DNA of 61,878 bases, the filler included, from Circinaria calcarea (Eukaryota), in NCBI GenBank assembly GCA_051942165.1. It is 13 parts of 13 records of this genome, joined end to end, with 100 filler letters (N's around TTAATTAATTAA, not from the genome) between each part and the next. Parts side by side here need not be neighbours in the genome. Positions count along the whole stretch, not along the records: positions 42,951 to 47,609 come from JAVECS010002233.1; positions 47,710 to 52,366 come from JAVECS010002234.1; positions 52,467 to 57,122 come from JAVECS010002235.1; positions 57,223 to 61,878 come from JAVECS010002236.1; 9 more parts are not named here. One strand, given 5' to 3'. Numbering within the stretch: the first letter of the stretch is position 1; every line of letters starts with the position of its first letter. Below are positions 47,109 through 58,861 of this stretch, piece by piece. A program made the position numbers and the translations under genes. Under the pieces are notes generated by a model. The model was not told the origin of the DNA. It saw only the letters and a program-made list of their open reading frames with translations, and made no database searches.

Positions 47109-49858
47109 GAGTACGTCCCAAGGAGAAAATACCGTTTATTTTCTTTTTCACCCACTTTGAAAGGAGCAAAAGCCAGCCCCCCTAGTATATCGAGTTTACA
47201 TTTTTTCCCTTTTCCCTTTCTTTAAACTTCACAAATCCAAAAAGTCAGTTTCGGAAAAAAATCGGGAATAATTTTCCCAAAGAAGAACTTGTCCAATGTA
47301 CGGAAAATTTACCAACTTCAATAACATCGAAACCGAGAAAAAAAAAAAAAAAAGTGTAAAGACACAATCTGGATTTCCAATTCCCCCATCCTCATTCCTC
47401 ATGCCCCAGCCCCACCCTAGGGCACAAAAAATGCCCCCGTTTAAGTTATTCATCTCGGTTTTGAAATCCCCATTGCCAACCCTACTTACTCCTTCGCCGG
47501 AAAATTGACAAACAGAATGAGTGCCTTTCAAAGAAATTCCCCTGGGGTGGGGGAGGGGGGGGGGGGGGGCGTTTCCTAGATAAAAAGGTTCCTACTTGCC
47601 TCTCTCCGCNNNNNNNNNNNNNNNNNNNNNNNNNNNNNNNNNNNNNNNNNNNNTTAATTAATTAANNNNNNNNNNNNNNNNNNNNNNNNNNNNNNNNNNN
47701 NNNNNNNNNGCTGGGGATAGCCGCTCCCGAATTGCTGGGAAGTGAGTGAATGGAGAGAACGTAGGGCTTGGAGAGGGGATTGAATGCGATGGGTGGTGGG
47801 AGAGAATGCTGTTGTCTTTTCTTTGATCCTGTCCGCCTTTGCTAGTGCTACATTTCCGCTGCCCCCTTCCTTGCGTCATCGTCCGGGAGGCTGTTTCAGT
47901 CCTTTTCGACCTCCCCCCCTTGGACGGCCTGTCTTCCCTTTACCATGACTAGCCTTTCGGGAGTGACCACCTGGCCCGCCCTTGTGGGAAAAAAGCCAAT
48001 CTGATCCCCAGGCAAACGGCATCTATCCGAGTCCGTCCCCAATCCCCATCAGCAATCAAGAATCAATCAAGATTCGCCGCGTTAATTAATTATTTATGGT
48101 AGTCGCCCGGTCAGCTGCTTCCCCATCCTGGCACCCCTGGGGCCCGTCGGCTCCCCATCTTCGTGTCGCGCATCAGCTAGGCGTGCCAGGTAACAACTCC
48201 CCGTTGGCTTGCTGAGTACCCAAGGTAGGCGTTTAGAGGTCAAGGACCGTAAGGACAAAGAGTCAGCACTTGTAATGCGAGAAGGTCCCGCGGTCGTTAC
48301 TAATCCCACCGAGCGATTTCGCCTTTGAGTAGAGATCAACTGAAGTAATTCCTTTTGATCCCGCGCTACAACAGCTCGAGCACCTTTGTTGCGTAATTCT
48401 TGTCGCGATACTACTCCAGCGCAGGCGGACTCGATATCAAAAGTGTCCTCTCGGTCATCCTCTAGGAATTGAATACGGTGGAAGGCGGATGGAATTCACG
48501 TTTTACGTTACATCTGCTTCAAGACACAGCCATCGCTGGTCCCCCTCACCATACGCCATACGCCAGCTCCAACGCCCAAAACGAGGAGCAAGGAAGGACG
48601 AAAAGAACTCACCCGATCGGGCAAGTTTGGCATCTAACCTCACGTCACACACATACACACCTCCAAGCGCACGGGACCGAACAGAAGTCTAAAGGGACTG
48701 CTCGAGAGACCCTAAGTGCTTCGACCTCATCGGAAAAAGAAAGGACGTCGTTTAGACAGCTGCGGGCTTACGGCGGAGGCGGAACGGGCACCAACCATTG
48801 ATTACAGTCCCGCCGTCCCCAGTTTGCAGCTAGGTGCGTGGAAGCAGTGTGCCTAAAAGGGGGGTGGCGATCTGAAAACGAGGGCCTGCCCGGGCTTCCA
48901 AGCGTCCCCTCCTGCCGGACGTGCTCAAGTGAGTAGCTGCGCGAGCGACCGGCCTGGAGGAAGGTGGAAAGGCGAGCGTGTTCGGTTTGGGGGGGTCGAA
49001 GGCGATAATTGGATCCCCACCACCGCATCCTCTTGGGATTGGGGTCCCTTAGCCTGAGCATCAAACCCGCTTAGTGGGCTTATGAGCGAGCTTACCGCCT
49101 CACCCCAGCAGGCGACATCCTTACCGAATCCCTCATCCACCTCCCTAACCCTTGGCGTCACGCTACCTACCACGCTTCAGCGTCCAGGGTGGTTCCAACA
49201 ACCCGCTAGGGGGGCCGAACCCATCGACGCCAACGCTTGCTTAGCCGCAACTTAGTCCCGTACCCACAAAGAGCCACGAGGTGCAAGGGCTCTAAAATAC
49301 CGTGAACCCCTCCGCTGGAATATTACCTTTGCCATAGAATACTCATACTAACACTCATCCTGAAGGACTTCCCGCACGCTTGAAGGGAGGACGACGTGGT
49401 GCTGCATTCCGCCGCAACGACCTCCCACAGCCGCACCCGCTCCGGCACCCCGTTCACCTTCTCACTCCTCTCAACCAACACTTGCGCTACTCGGCCGTTG
49501 ATCTTTCGGAGACCAAAGCATAACACCTCCAAAGGAAATTCCCCTTCCGCTGCCACCGGAACATCAGCCACCACTTACTCGAGCTCGTCGGGGCAGCTCT
49601 CCCGTGTTTGCATTGATTCTGCCGTCATCCTCGATTCCTCACCCTCTTCGCCCAAGTGACACCACGGGGAAACACGGATACGGTGTGATAAACTCCCGTC
49701 GCACCAGGGACTCCATTACTTTGCCATAGTTGGTTCATGTGCAAGTAATTTCCCGTACTTACTGGTCTCGTGTCGCCCGGAGGATATGATATCAAAGTCA
49801 AAAAGGATATCATAGAAGATCGGCTTGGGGCTCAGGGAAAGTCGCGAGCCCACTGCCA

Positions 49859-51297
49859 ATGTCAAGAGACCCTAATCAGCAACACGGCCAGTATCCGCCT
49901 CCGTCTTGGGAATCACGATCACCACGAGGCGGGTATCCACCACCATCGCAGGAAGGATCCCTCTACGGCGTGAGCAAACGATTCCGAGCATTTCACAAAG
50001 CATTCACTGACACCGTTTTAGGGACCACCAACCTCACAGACATACCCACACGCCTCGCCTGCTGGAGTCCCCCTTGGTCCTGGCGAAATGGTTACTTTAC
50101 CACCCCCTCCGTCTCAACCTCACCAGGAGATTTACCGCCAAGGCCCGTACGAGATGTTTCAAGGGCATCCGCAGCACGCGCCATACCCACAAATCTTACA
50201 TGATCCCCATCAGAACCCTCAAGCCCCTCATCTCAATTTCAATCAGCCAGCTCCGAGACAGCGCACAGCGATAGCGTGCCGCTATTGCAGGAGGCGCAAG
50301 GTGAGTGACAGTGGAATCAGAGGTTGTGAGTGATGTTTACCTATGGCAGATCCGATGCCATGGCTTCGATTCTTCACCGGATGGACGGTGTACGAATTGC
50401 ATCCGCTTTCACCAAGAGTGCATCTTTACTCCTGTATCGTCGCAAGCGCATGCATTTGTGCCAGCACATACCGCGTATCCCCATCTCCGAAACACCGGAC
50501 AGATGCAACAGCAACCTGGCGGTCGGCCGATGTACACGCAAGATGGACAGCCAGTGATTTATGGCGCCCACGGTCAACCGCTGGGTCCAATACCTCAGCA
50601 TGGCCAAGATCACATTTATCCACCTCATGGATATGTACAAAATCCGTATCCAGGTCCTGTCTATGATGAGAGGGGTGGTGGAATTCCTCAACCTCATTTA
50701 CATGAACAAGTGAGTCGCAAACGTCCTCGTATGGACGAGTCTTTCCATCCTGCCGTTCCTCCTCCCCCACCGCTAGGTCTGTCCTCACATCCATATCCAC
50801 AGCAGCAACGTCTGACCCCCTCAACCGTCGGTCGTCGCGGCTCTGGCGGTAACGCCAGCCAATTCGAGTATCCAGATCCAACCGGGCTAGCTCCCGTTTC
50901 CCCTGCATCCTCGACAACGTCTTATCAATCCAGCCAATACCCTCCACAACCGCCGCAGCAGCAACCATACTACCCCTCCCAGCCGTCGGCACGTCGAGTA
51001 TCTCCGCAGGCAGCTTATCCGTTCGATCGACGCGCATCTGGCTCGCCACACGGTAGTACTTCCTCAGCTGCTACATATGCTTATCCGGGGGGCTTACATC
51101 CCCCTCAAGTCTTACCTCCTACTCGTGAAAGCGGACGAACACCACCTCCTACAACGGTTCGCGAGGGAAGTGTTGGTGGTAACGGTTCTCGGGCTGGTAT
51201 GAGCGTTAGGGATATGTTGGGTCCTGATAACGGTCAGGGGGGACGAACAAGTGCAGATAGCGATATGTTGAAGGCACTGAACAAAAGGGGAATGTAA
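49859..51297 (+). CDS. mcrA: Zn(II)2Cys6 transcription factor, McrA-like
   Basis: Spliced PRQRTAIACRYCRRRK|IRCHGFDSSPDGRCTNCIRFHQECIFTPVSSQAHAFVPAH with P/Q/Y-rich flanks. The Zn cluster is clear; the orthology call comes from recalled motif similarity only. Confidence 0.7.
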
Positions 51298-52218
51298 AGA
51301 AATGGGCTAACCAGGGAGATTTCAGAGCTTGGACAAATCTTTCATCCTCGATTTCCGCCAGCATTGCTCGCAGTTCGGTCGATAAAAACCATCTGACTCT
51401 ACCTGGTTTCTTGTCGCCCTCTTCAGAAGCCAGTTAAGGACCCACTCGTACCTACTCCTCTGGCACTTCTAGCGGCTATTTTCTTTCAATCTCGTCGTGT
51501 ACCAACAGCAAATGCGAATAATAAACTCGGGGGAAGGCTTTCTGATTTCTTGCGTTTGTAACACATTTTCCAATCATCTTCATTTCTCACGGAGGAAACC
51601 ATGATACATTGTGTTGGGCTGGGACCCTTTTTTCGCACGACAACTAGGTTTAACAAGGTTCAACTGCTACGGTAAACTATTACTAGACCGACTACGTTCA
51701 ACTACATAGTACGTTCGACTGCGTTGGCTTTATGGTCCCGTCCTTGACCTAGTCAATGTTTTTGCAAATTGCAATCGGAGGAGCATCGTATCTCCGGCCA
51801 AAGTGTTGGGGATAGGGCTAGGACCTGAAAGGGAAAAAGGCAGCAGCAGAGCCATATTTCTTTTCTACGGGGATGTGGCAGCAAAGGTTTGGACCGGGTG
51901 GGAAGGCCCGTGGCAGCATCAGGGAAATTGGGAGGCAAGCGCTGCGAATTCTGTTGTAAAATAGGCAAATGCATAGTTATTTTTTTTTAGTTTTTTTTTC
52001 GTCAGTCGAAATTCGGTTTGTGTTGCGAGAGAGGGTGAGCGGGTTCTTTCCCAAAAATAACAAGAGCCCATCTTCATTCCACTCATTTATGTTTCCAAGT
52101 TCTGGCAGTCTAGGTTGTGAGTTTTCTAAAATTGTGTAAATCTCGGGAAGTTGGGAGGACTTTTTTTGGGGGGCTTTTCGAATCGGCGGCCATTCTAACG
52201 GGCCTCTTTTTCTCCCCT

Positions 52219-52222
<4 letters not shown>

Positions 52223-52269
<47 letters not shown>
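52223..52269. repeat. Compound microsatellite (TC)15(AC)8
   Basis: Read directly. Confidence 0.93.
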
Positions 52270-52466
52270 TAGGATATGACTCGAACAGCTGGGTTTATCC
52301 TATGACACTCTTTACCCTTTTGCTCCCTCTTGCCGGCGCTTTTTCCCTCCCCCTTCCCCTTTCATTNNNNNNNNNNNNNNNNNNNNNNNNNNNNNNNNNN
52401 NNNNNNNNNNTTAATTAATTAANNNNNNNNNNNNNNNNNNNNNNNNNNNNNNNNNNNNNNNNNNNN

Positions 52467-53139
52467 CCCTTTTGCAGACTATACCACCTAGCGAGTGACA
52501 TATGAAGATGATTGGACGAACGTTGGCCTAGTCCGAGTAAGTCGTGTACTTGCTAAATTATGGCTGAAGCACACCCTTTGCCCTTGCCTTGCTGCTCTCG
52601 TATTCTCCAGCAAGTCTCGCGCGAAATCATCTATGCCGAGAATGGATTTACTGAACGCGATTTTGGATGCATAGCCATATGTAAATATCCTTGCTCCCGG
52701 AAGAGACCTGGGCAGCCAGTCCCTGAGCCATAAGACGCGATTTTGATTCGTCCAGGTTTTAAGCCTATGTCCCCCGAGCCCATGCACCGCTACAATATCA
52801 GCATTATAGCTATGGCTTTCCCTCCCCTCACTGTCCAGTTTTGGGCTTCGAGTCTCCGGGTTGAGGAGCAGTATTCCATCATTATTATCCTCGCCTACTT
52901 CAGGAAGCGATGCGGAAAGATTTTCGTGACTAGGAGTCTGTATATAAAAAGCTGGATCAGTTCTGCTACCACCACAGAAAGAGGAAAAATGGTTCTCTGG
53001 GGGTCAATTCTCGGAGACCTGGCGAGTTGCGACTTAGAAAGATTGAGCTTAGTTCACGAACCTTTGAATCGCTCGTCTGCTGGGAACGAGAGCGCGATCG
53101 ACTACGGTGTCTTTTGAAAGTAGACCGTAGATACTCCAT
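52467..53139 (-). CDS. SesB/PGAP1-like alpha/beta-hydrolase N-terminal fragment (often fused to NB-ARC/NACHT); 5' structure unresolved
   Basis: DIVAVHGLGG..KTWT..LWLRDWLP..ARIFTYGY..FARDLL, intron, RPIIFICHSLGGIVCK (nucleophile elbow); the upstream part does not join cleanly in frame. Confidence 0.72.
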
Positions 53140-53693
53140 TCTAGTATAATGCGCATTTGTGGGCAACTGGTGCAGGGTATAGAGACTTGACAGCGTGTAT
53201 CTGGAGGGTTATACAATTCTCATTCGACCATTCGGGGAACAGATTTGAGCAAACCGATATATATTGCTATAGACGAGGGATCCTGCGGAATCCAGGTTGA
53301 AAGACCAAGGAAAGAGCAAGACATTGTTTTGCAAAGTGCTCTGTCTCGGATACTGGTCACCTTGTCACACAAAGAGTACAGGGGAAGGAGGACACAAAAA
53401 TAATAAAAAGCTATAGTGTATCTGCACGTTGACGCTGTGGCCCCGTATCGTTAGCCAACGAAAGCTTGATCATCCCATTATTATGGATGGCTGATCTTAC
53501 GAACAGGGTGCTGGCAATCATTCAACGGATCACGATCTGACAGTCATTGAGTTCTAGATAGTAATAAAAGATATAACGGCTGTGTCAGGAAAAGTGGATG
53601 AGTACAGAGTCCGAGGAAAGATGATAAAAGGTCGCGCACGGCTAAACGCAGGACCTGGTATTTTATTGGTGGGCGCCCTATCATACATTACTA

Positions 53694-53877
53694 CGGTGGG
53701 AGGCATAATAAACCTTAGCGCTGCAGATCTTACAGGGGTAAATTTCTTGCCGTTTTACTTAGTCACCACATAAGTTTGTATGTAAAGCCAGACATACAAT
53801 AGTGTAATATAACTAGCGGAATAAAAGCAGCGCTGCTAAGCCAGCCAAGAGGCTAAGGTTTATTATGCCTCCCACCT
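53694..53877. mobile_element. Tc1/mariner-type MITE (~184 bp) flanked by TA
   Basis: TIRs CGGTGGGAGGCATAATAAACCTTAGC (53694-53719) and GCTAAGGTTTATTATGCCTCCCACCT (53852-53877), 25/26 complementary; TA on both sides; no ORF. Confidence 0.82.
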
Positions 53878-54062
53878 TAGTAAGCTACCCACTTGGGACC
53901 GCTACACGCACTAGCAAGGAAATAGGTGGCGATCCTATTTGTTCCTCGCAAGCTAATCGATAGGACGTAGGTGATTAGGACAATCATAGGACGACAGACT
54001 CCCCACCTTATGATTCCCTCTACGGCCTCTTACCAAAGAAATAATACATATATGAAATACTC

Positions 54063-54889
54063 ATGGCAGGCGCAAAGACCTTGGAGGAGCTCGCCAGCGC
54101 CGAGTACTGGGATGCAAGATATTCCTCAACAGCCGAATCTACCTACGAGTGGTTCAAATCCTACAACAATCTGAAGCCGTTCTTCTCGAGGCACCTCCCT
54201 GCGGCGAAAGACGAGAATCGTGCAAATGTACGACTGCTGCATCTGGGATGCGGGAACAGTGTAAGTTCAGTGATGGTGTTGCCTGGGGCCCACCGCTGAT
54301 AGTTGGTTGAAGTAGACCCTCCCGATGGACTTGGTCCTCTTGGGTTACGATGAACAAGTCTGCGTCGACTTTTCTGCCGTCGTGATCGCCAACATGGCTT
54401 CGAGATACAGTGCGGAGAAAGCCATCGACTGGCGAGTCATGGACGTACGGCATATGGTTGAATTCAGAGACGAAGAGTTCGAGGTAGCAATAGACAAAGG
54501 AACGCTGGATGCAATGATTTCGGGCAGTCCATGGGATCCACCTCTAGAGGTCAAACAGAACACCTCGGAATATATCAATGAAGTCAGTTCCAACTTTCTT
54601 AATGCTTCTGCCTTGACTGGCATGCTAGCTTCTGCCTTCGCACTCCGCCATCTTATGTCCTATGGTAAAAGAATGATTCTTACCCGCTTACTCTTGTTAA
54701 CAGCCTTATTAGGTTTCCAGAATACTAAAACCAGGCGGCGTCTTTCTTTACATCACCTATCGACAGCCACACTTCATGAAGCCGATATTGATGAGGGAAT
54801 CATGGAGCTTGGAAACCGAGGTCCTACATGATGGAGATGTTGGCACATTCGAGTACTTTGGGTTTGTGATGAGGAAGCCCAAAGGATGA
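54063..54889 (+). CDS. SAM-dependent methyltransferase, EEF1AKMT4/ECE2-like
   Basis: EYWDARY..YEWF, LHLGCGNS, VDFS, MDVR, IDKGTLDAM, VSRILKPGG..ITYRQPHF, FEYFGFVM; two introns; stop 54887-54889. Confidence 0.9.
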
Positions 54890-55448
54890 TTTAAGATTTA
54901 TTTGGGACACGCTTGTTAGCGGGATGGGTCTTGTCTCTCAGCGTTGCTATGGGGTACGCTATAGATTGTGCCGACCACAAGACAAGAGCCAATAGGCCGG
55001 CTAATGGAACAAGGGGAACCAAAAGCAACATCACCATCAAGGCACTTTTAACTAAGAGGTGAATGGCTAAATAGATACCTCTGGAAGGAGAACCCGCGAC
55101 TCTTCACGATTAGAAACCCAATTTGAAAACACTCTGGATACAATGAGCTTTCAAATTGTACCTGCTCTGTAGAGGATCATCATTTAATGACAATCTATTG
55201 ACCCTCGACACTGGACAAAGGACGCTCTACCCTATCATATCCATGCTCCACCCCAAGATCACAAAGATACTAGCATCCTTAACGCGGTACTTCTGTGCCC
55301 AGGTATAATAACGGCACGAAGCTGAACCTGTTGGTCAACGACGATGAGCATCAAGTGATAGAGGTACCTAAACAGACCCCTACTGGTCACAAAGAGGTAA
55401 ACCCGTCGATATGCATGGTATAGCCTGGAACTGTGGTGATGTTAAAAC

Positions 55449-55621
55449 CAGCGCCGCCAGTAGTCCCAACAGTCCAGTCCAGGCTCTGGACTGAGATTGA
55501 CTTGGCAGTCTAAAACGTGGACTGGGACTGTCAGTTCGGTCCAGCTGCCCTGGAGTCTGGGCGGTGGACTATTAGTGCACATTGTTAGTGTGGACTGCTC
55601 TCCGGACTTCTGGCGGCCCTG
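55449..55621. mobile_element. hAT-type MITE (173 bp) with degenerate 8-bp TSD
   Basis: TIRs CAGCGCCGCCAGTAGTCC and reverse-complemented CAGGGCCGCCAGAAGTCC (16/18); flanks GTTAAAAC and ATCAAAAC (6/8); repeated subterminal AGTCC (left) and GGACT (right). Confidence 0.75.
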
Positions 55622-56326
55622 ATCAAAACCCCCAAAACACTTGGTATTTCGTCCGATTAATTTCCCTCGGCGCTTTTTGATCCTATTTCTTCTTCCTTGA
55701 GAGAAAAATTTTGCTTACGGCGTACAATCAGCCGTTATTTATTGTATTAGCTACCCTTGTTATATTTATACTCGACTCCGCTTATGATTAATTCCATCCG
55801 CGGGGAAAATAAAAAATAAAAATAAAAAACCGACAGGATTGTAACCGTTCACGGAATTACCGATATTACGGATTCTCATTAAGCTTGATTTATAGTTGTT
55901 GGACGTTATAGGACTTACCGAGTTATGTGTTACCTTCGGCTAACACACGGTCCATGCTCAACACTCTCTACACACTCCATAAAAGCACTTTTTCGTAGCA
56001 TAGGTAGTTACTGAGTTACATACACGCAGATAACATAAATGCCACATACATATTGCTGCTCAACAATAGAGATTCTCTCCGAGCTCGAGTTTCTATCAAG
56101 GCCACAAGCGAATTCTGAATGCCCGGAGGCGAATTCGAACTGCGCAAAAGTTCATATCAGCGAATTCCGAATTTTCAGCGAGCAATCTGACATTACCAAA
56201 ATATCATATAGAAAATTGATAAAGCAAAGAAATTTTTAATAGAAATCAGCAACGATTATGGGTTACAAAAGAAGTAGCAAAAAGCGACAGTTCACCCCTA
56301 ACTCTTCCGACTCCGCCGTATCGATA

Positions 56327-57122
56327 TTACCCGACCAAAACTTGCTGACTCCAAGTTCCACCATCCAAGGTTCTAACGTGATCAATGAGGTTAGTAGCTG
56401 CGGTCTGGAAAAAGACGTGGATCTCTTTCCCTTCTTCAATTTGCGTGTTCAAAATTACACTCCCCATCCGGGTTCCTCGGATTCCACGCCCCACAGTGTA
56501 GAGTCCATCGTCGATAGACCACACAGATGATTCAGCAGTGCCGGTAGCCAGGAGCTGAATGATCTCTCCATCGGGCTGCTGGTAATGAATATATTTACTG
56601 GTGCTGTTGCTAATATTGATCACGGTGATAGCCGAATTGGCAAGGACGTTGGACTGTGTAAGGCCTAAGGGATAACAAATGTTAGTAGATTTTTTCAGCT
56701 GCAAGAATGTTCACTTTGTACCTTTGACCCAAATGTTGGTTGGATGATTTGCCGTCTGAGCAGATTTATTAAATTCGTACCATCTCTGTTCAAGTTCACC
56801 AGCAGAGTTCAGAAGCCAGACGTTTGTGATACTCGTACCACGTACGGTACACTCCACCCCCCCGTCTGGATTCGAGTTTGGTAAAGATGTTAGGTAGTCC
56901 CACGCCGTGCTTCCGTAATTCCAACCGAGCTCCTTCACGGACCCTTCTGCAGAACCGTAGTACAGGCGAATACCACCCCCACTGTTATTCCGGCCATAAT
57001 AGTCGTAACTGAAACACGCCGAAAGGCCAACCTGAGATGAGTTAGAGGCTTTGAACCGACCACTACCAAGTGGGCCGACCGTCCAGCCGGTGGATTTGTT
57101 GGAGTTGATTACTTCCTGCAAG
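56327..57122 (-). CDS. Fungal fucose-specific-lectin-like beta-propeller, 3' part
   Basis: Blade motifs GW..G.L, IRLYYG..VKELGW..W, YIHYQ..G.I, IHVFFQ..W; one intron ~56668-56720; several N-x-S/T sequons. Confidence 0.62.
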
Positions 57123-57448
57123 NNNNNNNNNNNNNNNNNNNNNNNNNNNNNNNNNNNNNNNNNNNNTTAATTAATTAANNNNNNNNNNNNNNNNNNNNNN
57201 NNNNNNNNNNNNNNNNNNNNNNAGAACGACATGGCAATCTCAATATGAACTCCCCCATAAAATTAGCACTCTGAGCATGCTGAGGCTCTTGGAAATGTCA
57301 AGGGCACTACCCTTAGCGTAGTCCGTTGCTTCGCTTATTGGCTTGGCGGAAACTCGCACTTCGAATTGCGCTAATCATTTCAGTAGCGACCACACGACAA
57401 CCACTTGCGATACCTCCATTTCGATTAAAATTATCAAACACCGCAACC

Positions 57449-58255
57449 ATGGCTGATGCAGACTACGTATGTACTCCTTTCATCACGAGACAGTATCATC
57501 ATATTCGTACGAGATGACTAATTGTTGAAATAGAACCCCGAGGAGGCCGCTGGTACGTGTTCAACCTTTCCACTCGCTATACAAAAGCAAAGAGCAAAAG
57601 CGAACGTTATGATCAAGAGACACGGGATGGTTATATAGACAGGAAAATGACAGGATCGGCTGAGGGAGGAGATGCCTGAATCTAGGCTAATTAATAACTC
57701 GATGCACAGAGCTTAAAAAGAAGAGAACATTCAGAAAGTTCTCCTACCGCGGTATCGATCTTGACCAGTATGCGGCGCCTTTATACATCGTCTCAGAAGA
57801 GAAAGAAATAAGTCCAAGGATTGACCTTTGTTGGTAGACTCCTCAACCTCACCCCGGACCAGCTCCGTGATGCCGTCCACGCTCGTGCTCGACGTCGGTT
57901 TAACCGTGGCCTCAAGCGGGGTCCCAATCGATTGATACAGAAACTTCGAAAAACTAAGCTGGAGGCGAAGCCCAACGAGAAACCCGATATTGTCAAAACA
58001 CATCTACGAAATATGATTGTGGTACCAGAGATGATTGGCAGTGTCATTGGTATCTATTCAGGCAAGGAATTCAACCAAGTTGAGATCAAGCCGGAGATGG
58101 TTGGACACTACTTGGGAGAGTTCTCAATTTCATAGTAAGATTGGCTGCAGTTGCGTGACACAGCGGCTGCTAACATCGTTGAAAGCAAACCTGTTAAGCA
58201 TGGACGGCCTGGTATCGGTGCTACCCACTCTTCTCGTTTCATCCCGTTGAAGTAA
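57449..58255 (+). CDS. RPS15: 40S ribosomal protein S15 (uS19)
   Basis: [95 protein letters not shown]; four introns. Confidence 0.97.
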
Positions 58256-58555
58256 GAGGATAGTACAAGCGAGTAGCTGGAGGGAGGTGAATACACGAGA
58301 GCATTCGAATGCGCTGGACTCTATGTAGCTTAGACCTGTCAATGATGTTCTGCACTCGAAATAACTCTTTTTGCTCTCAACGTAAGCTACGGGATCCTTA
58401 AAGACTGAGAGTCAAATGCGTGAATTAGCTTTACACAGAAGACCAGGCCTCCATGTGACCAGAATCACTGCATGTATTTCTTCCCCAAACGTGCAGCTCC
58501 ACAGATGTCGCTTTGTCAGCCGAATCCCCCGTGCACAGCCGTTTCCATGTGCTAA

Positions 58556-58565
58556 ATGGCGTCAT
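58556..58565. promoter_or_regulatory. CYS3/MetR-type sulfur-regulator site ATGGCGTCAT
   Basis: Exact match to ATGRYRYCAT, ~300 bp upstream of the cystathionine gamma-lyase start. Confidence 0.55.
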
Positions 58566-58861
58566 CCCGGGGAATGATTAATCAAAGCTCGGAGCTCAGT
58601 GGAGAATGTAATACCGCTGACAATGCAACATTGCTATCTAAACTACAACCGCGTGAGTATAATAAGAGCGTTATATACCGCAACCGTCTAACCTCACAAT
58701 CTCTCCACCATAAATCTTGGATTCCTGTCTGTAAAAACTGCGTTGAGATCTTCGACTCCTCCCTATCAAACTCTCTTTTAGATTCATCTATCATATAAAA
58801 TACGACTAAGTTAAAGCAACACAATTCTTTTTGAGGAAGAGTGCTACTCTAGTGGGCTGTC

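Noticed and set aside
46968..47225. ORF with a poly-(GT) peptide
   Set aside because: It is only the translation of the (GGCACT)n microsatellite.
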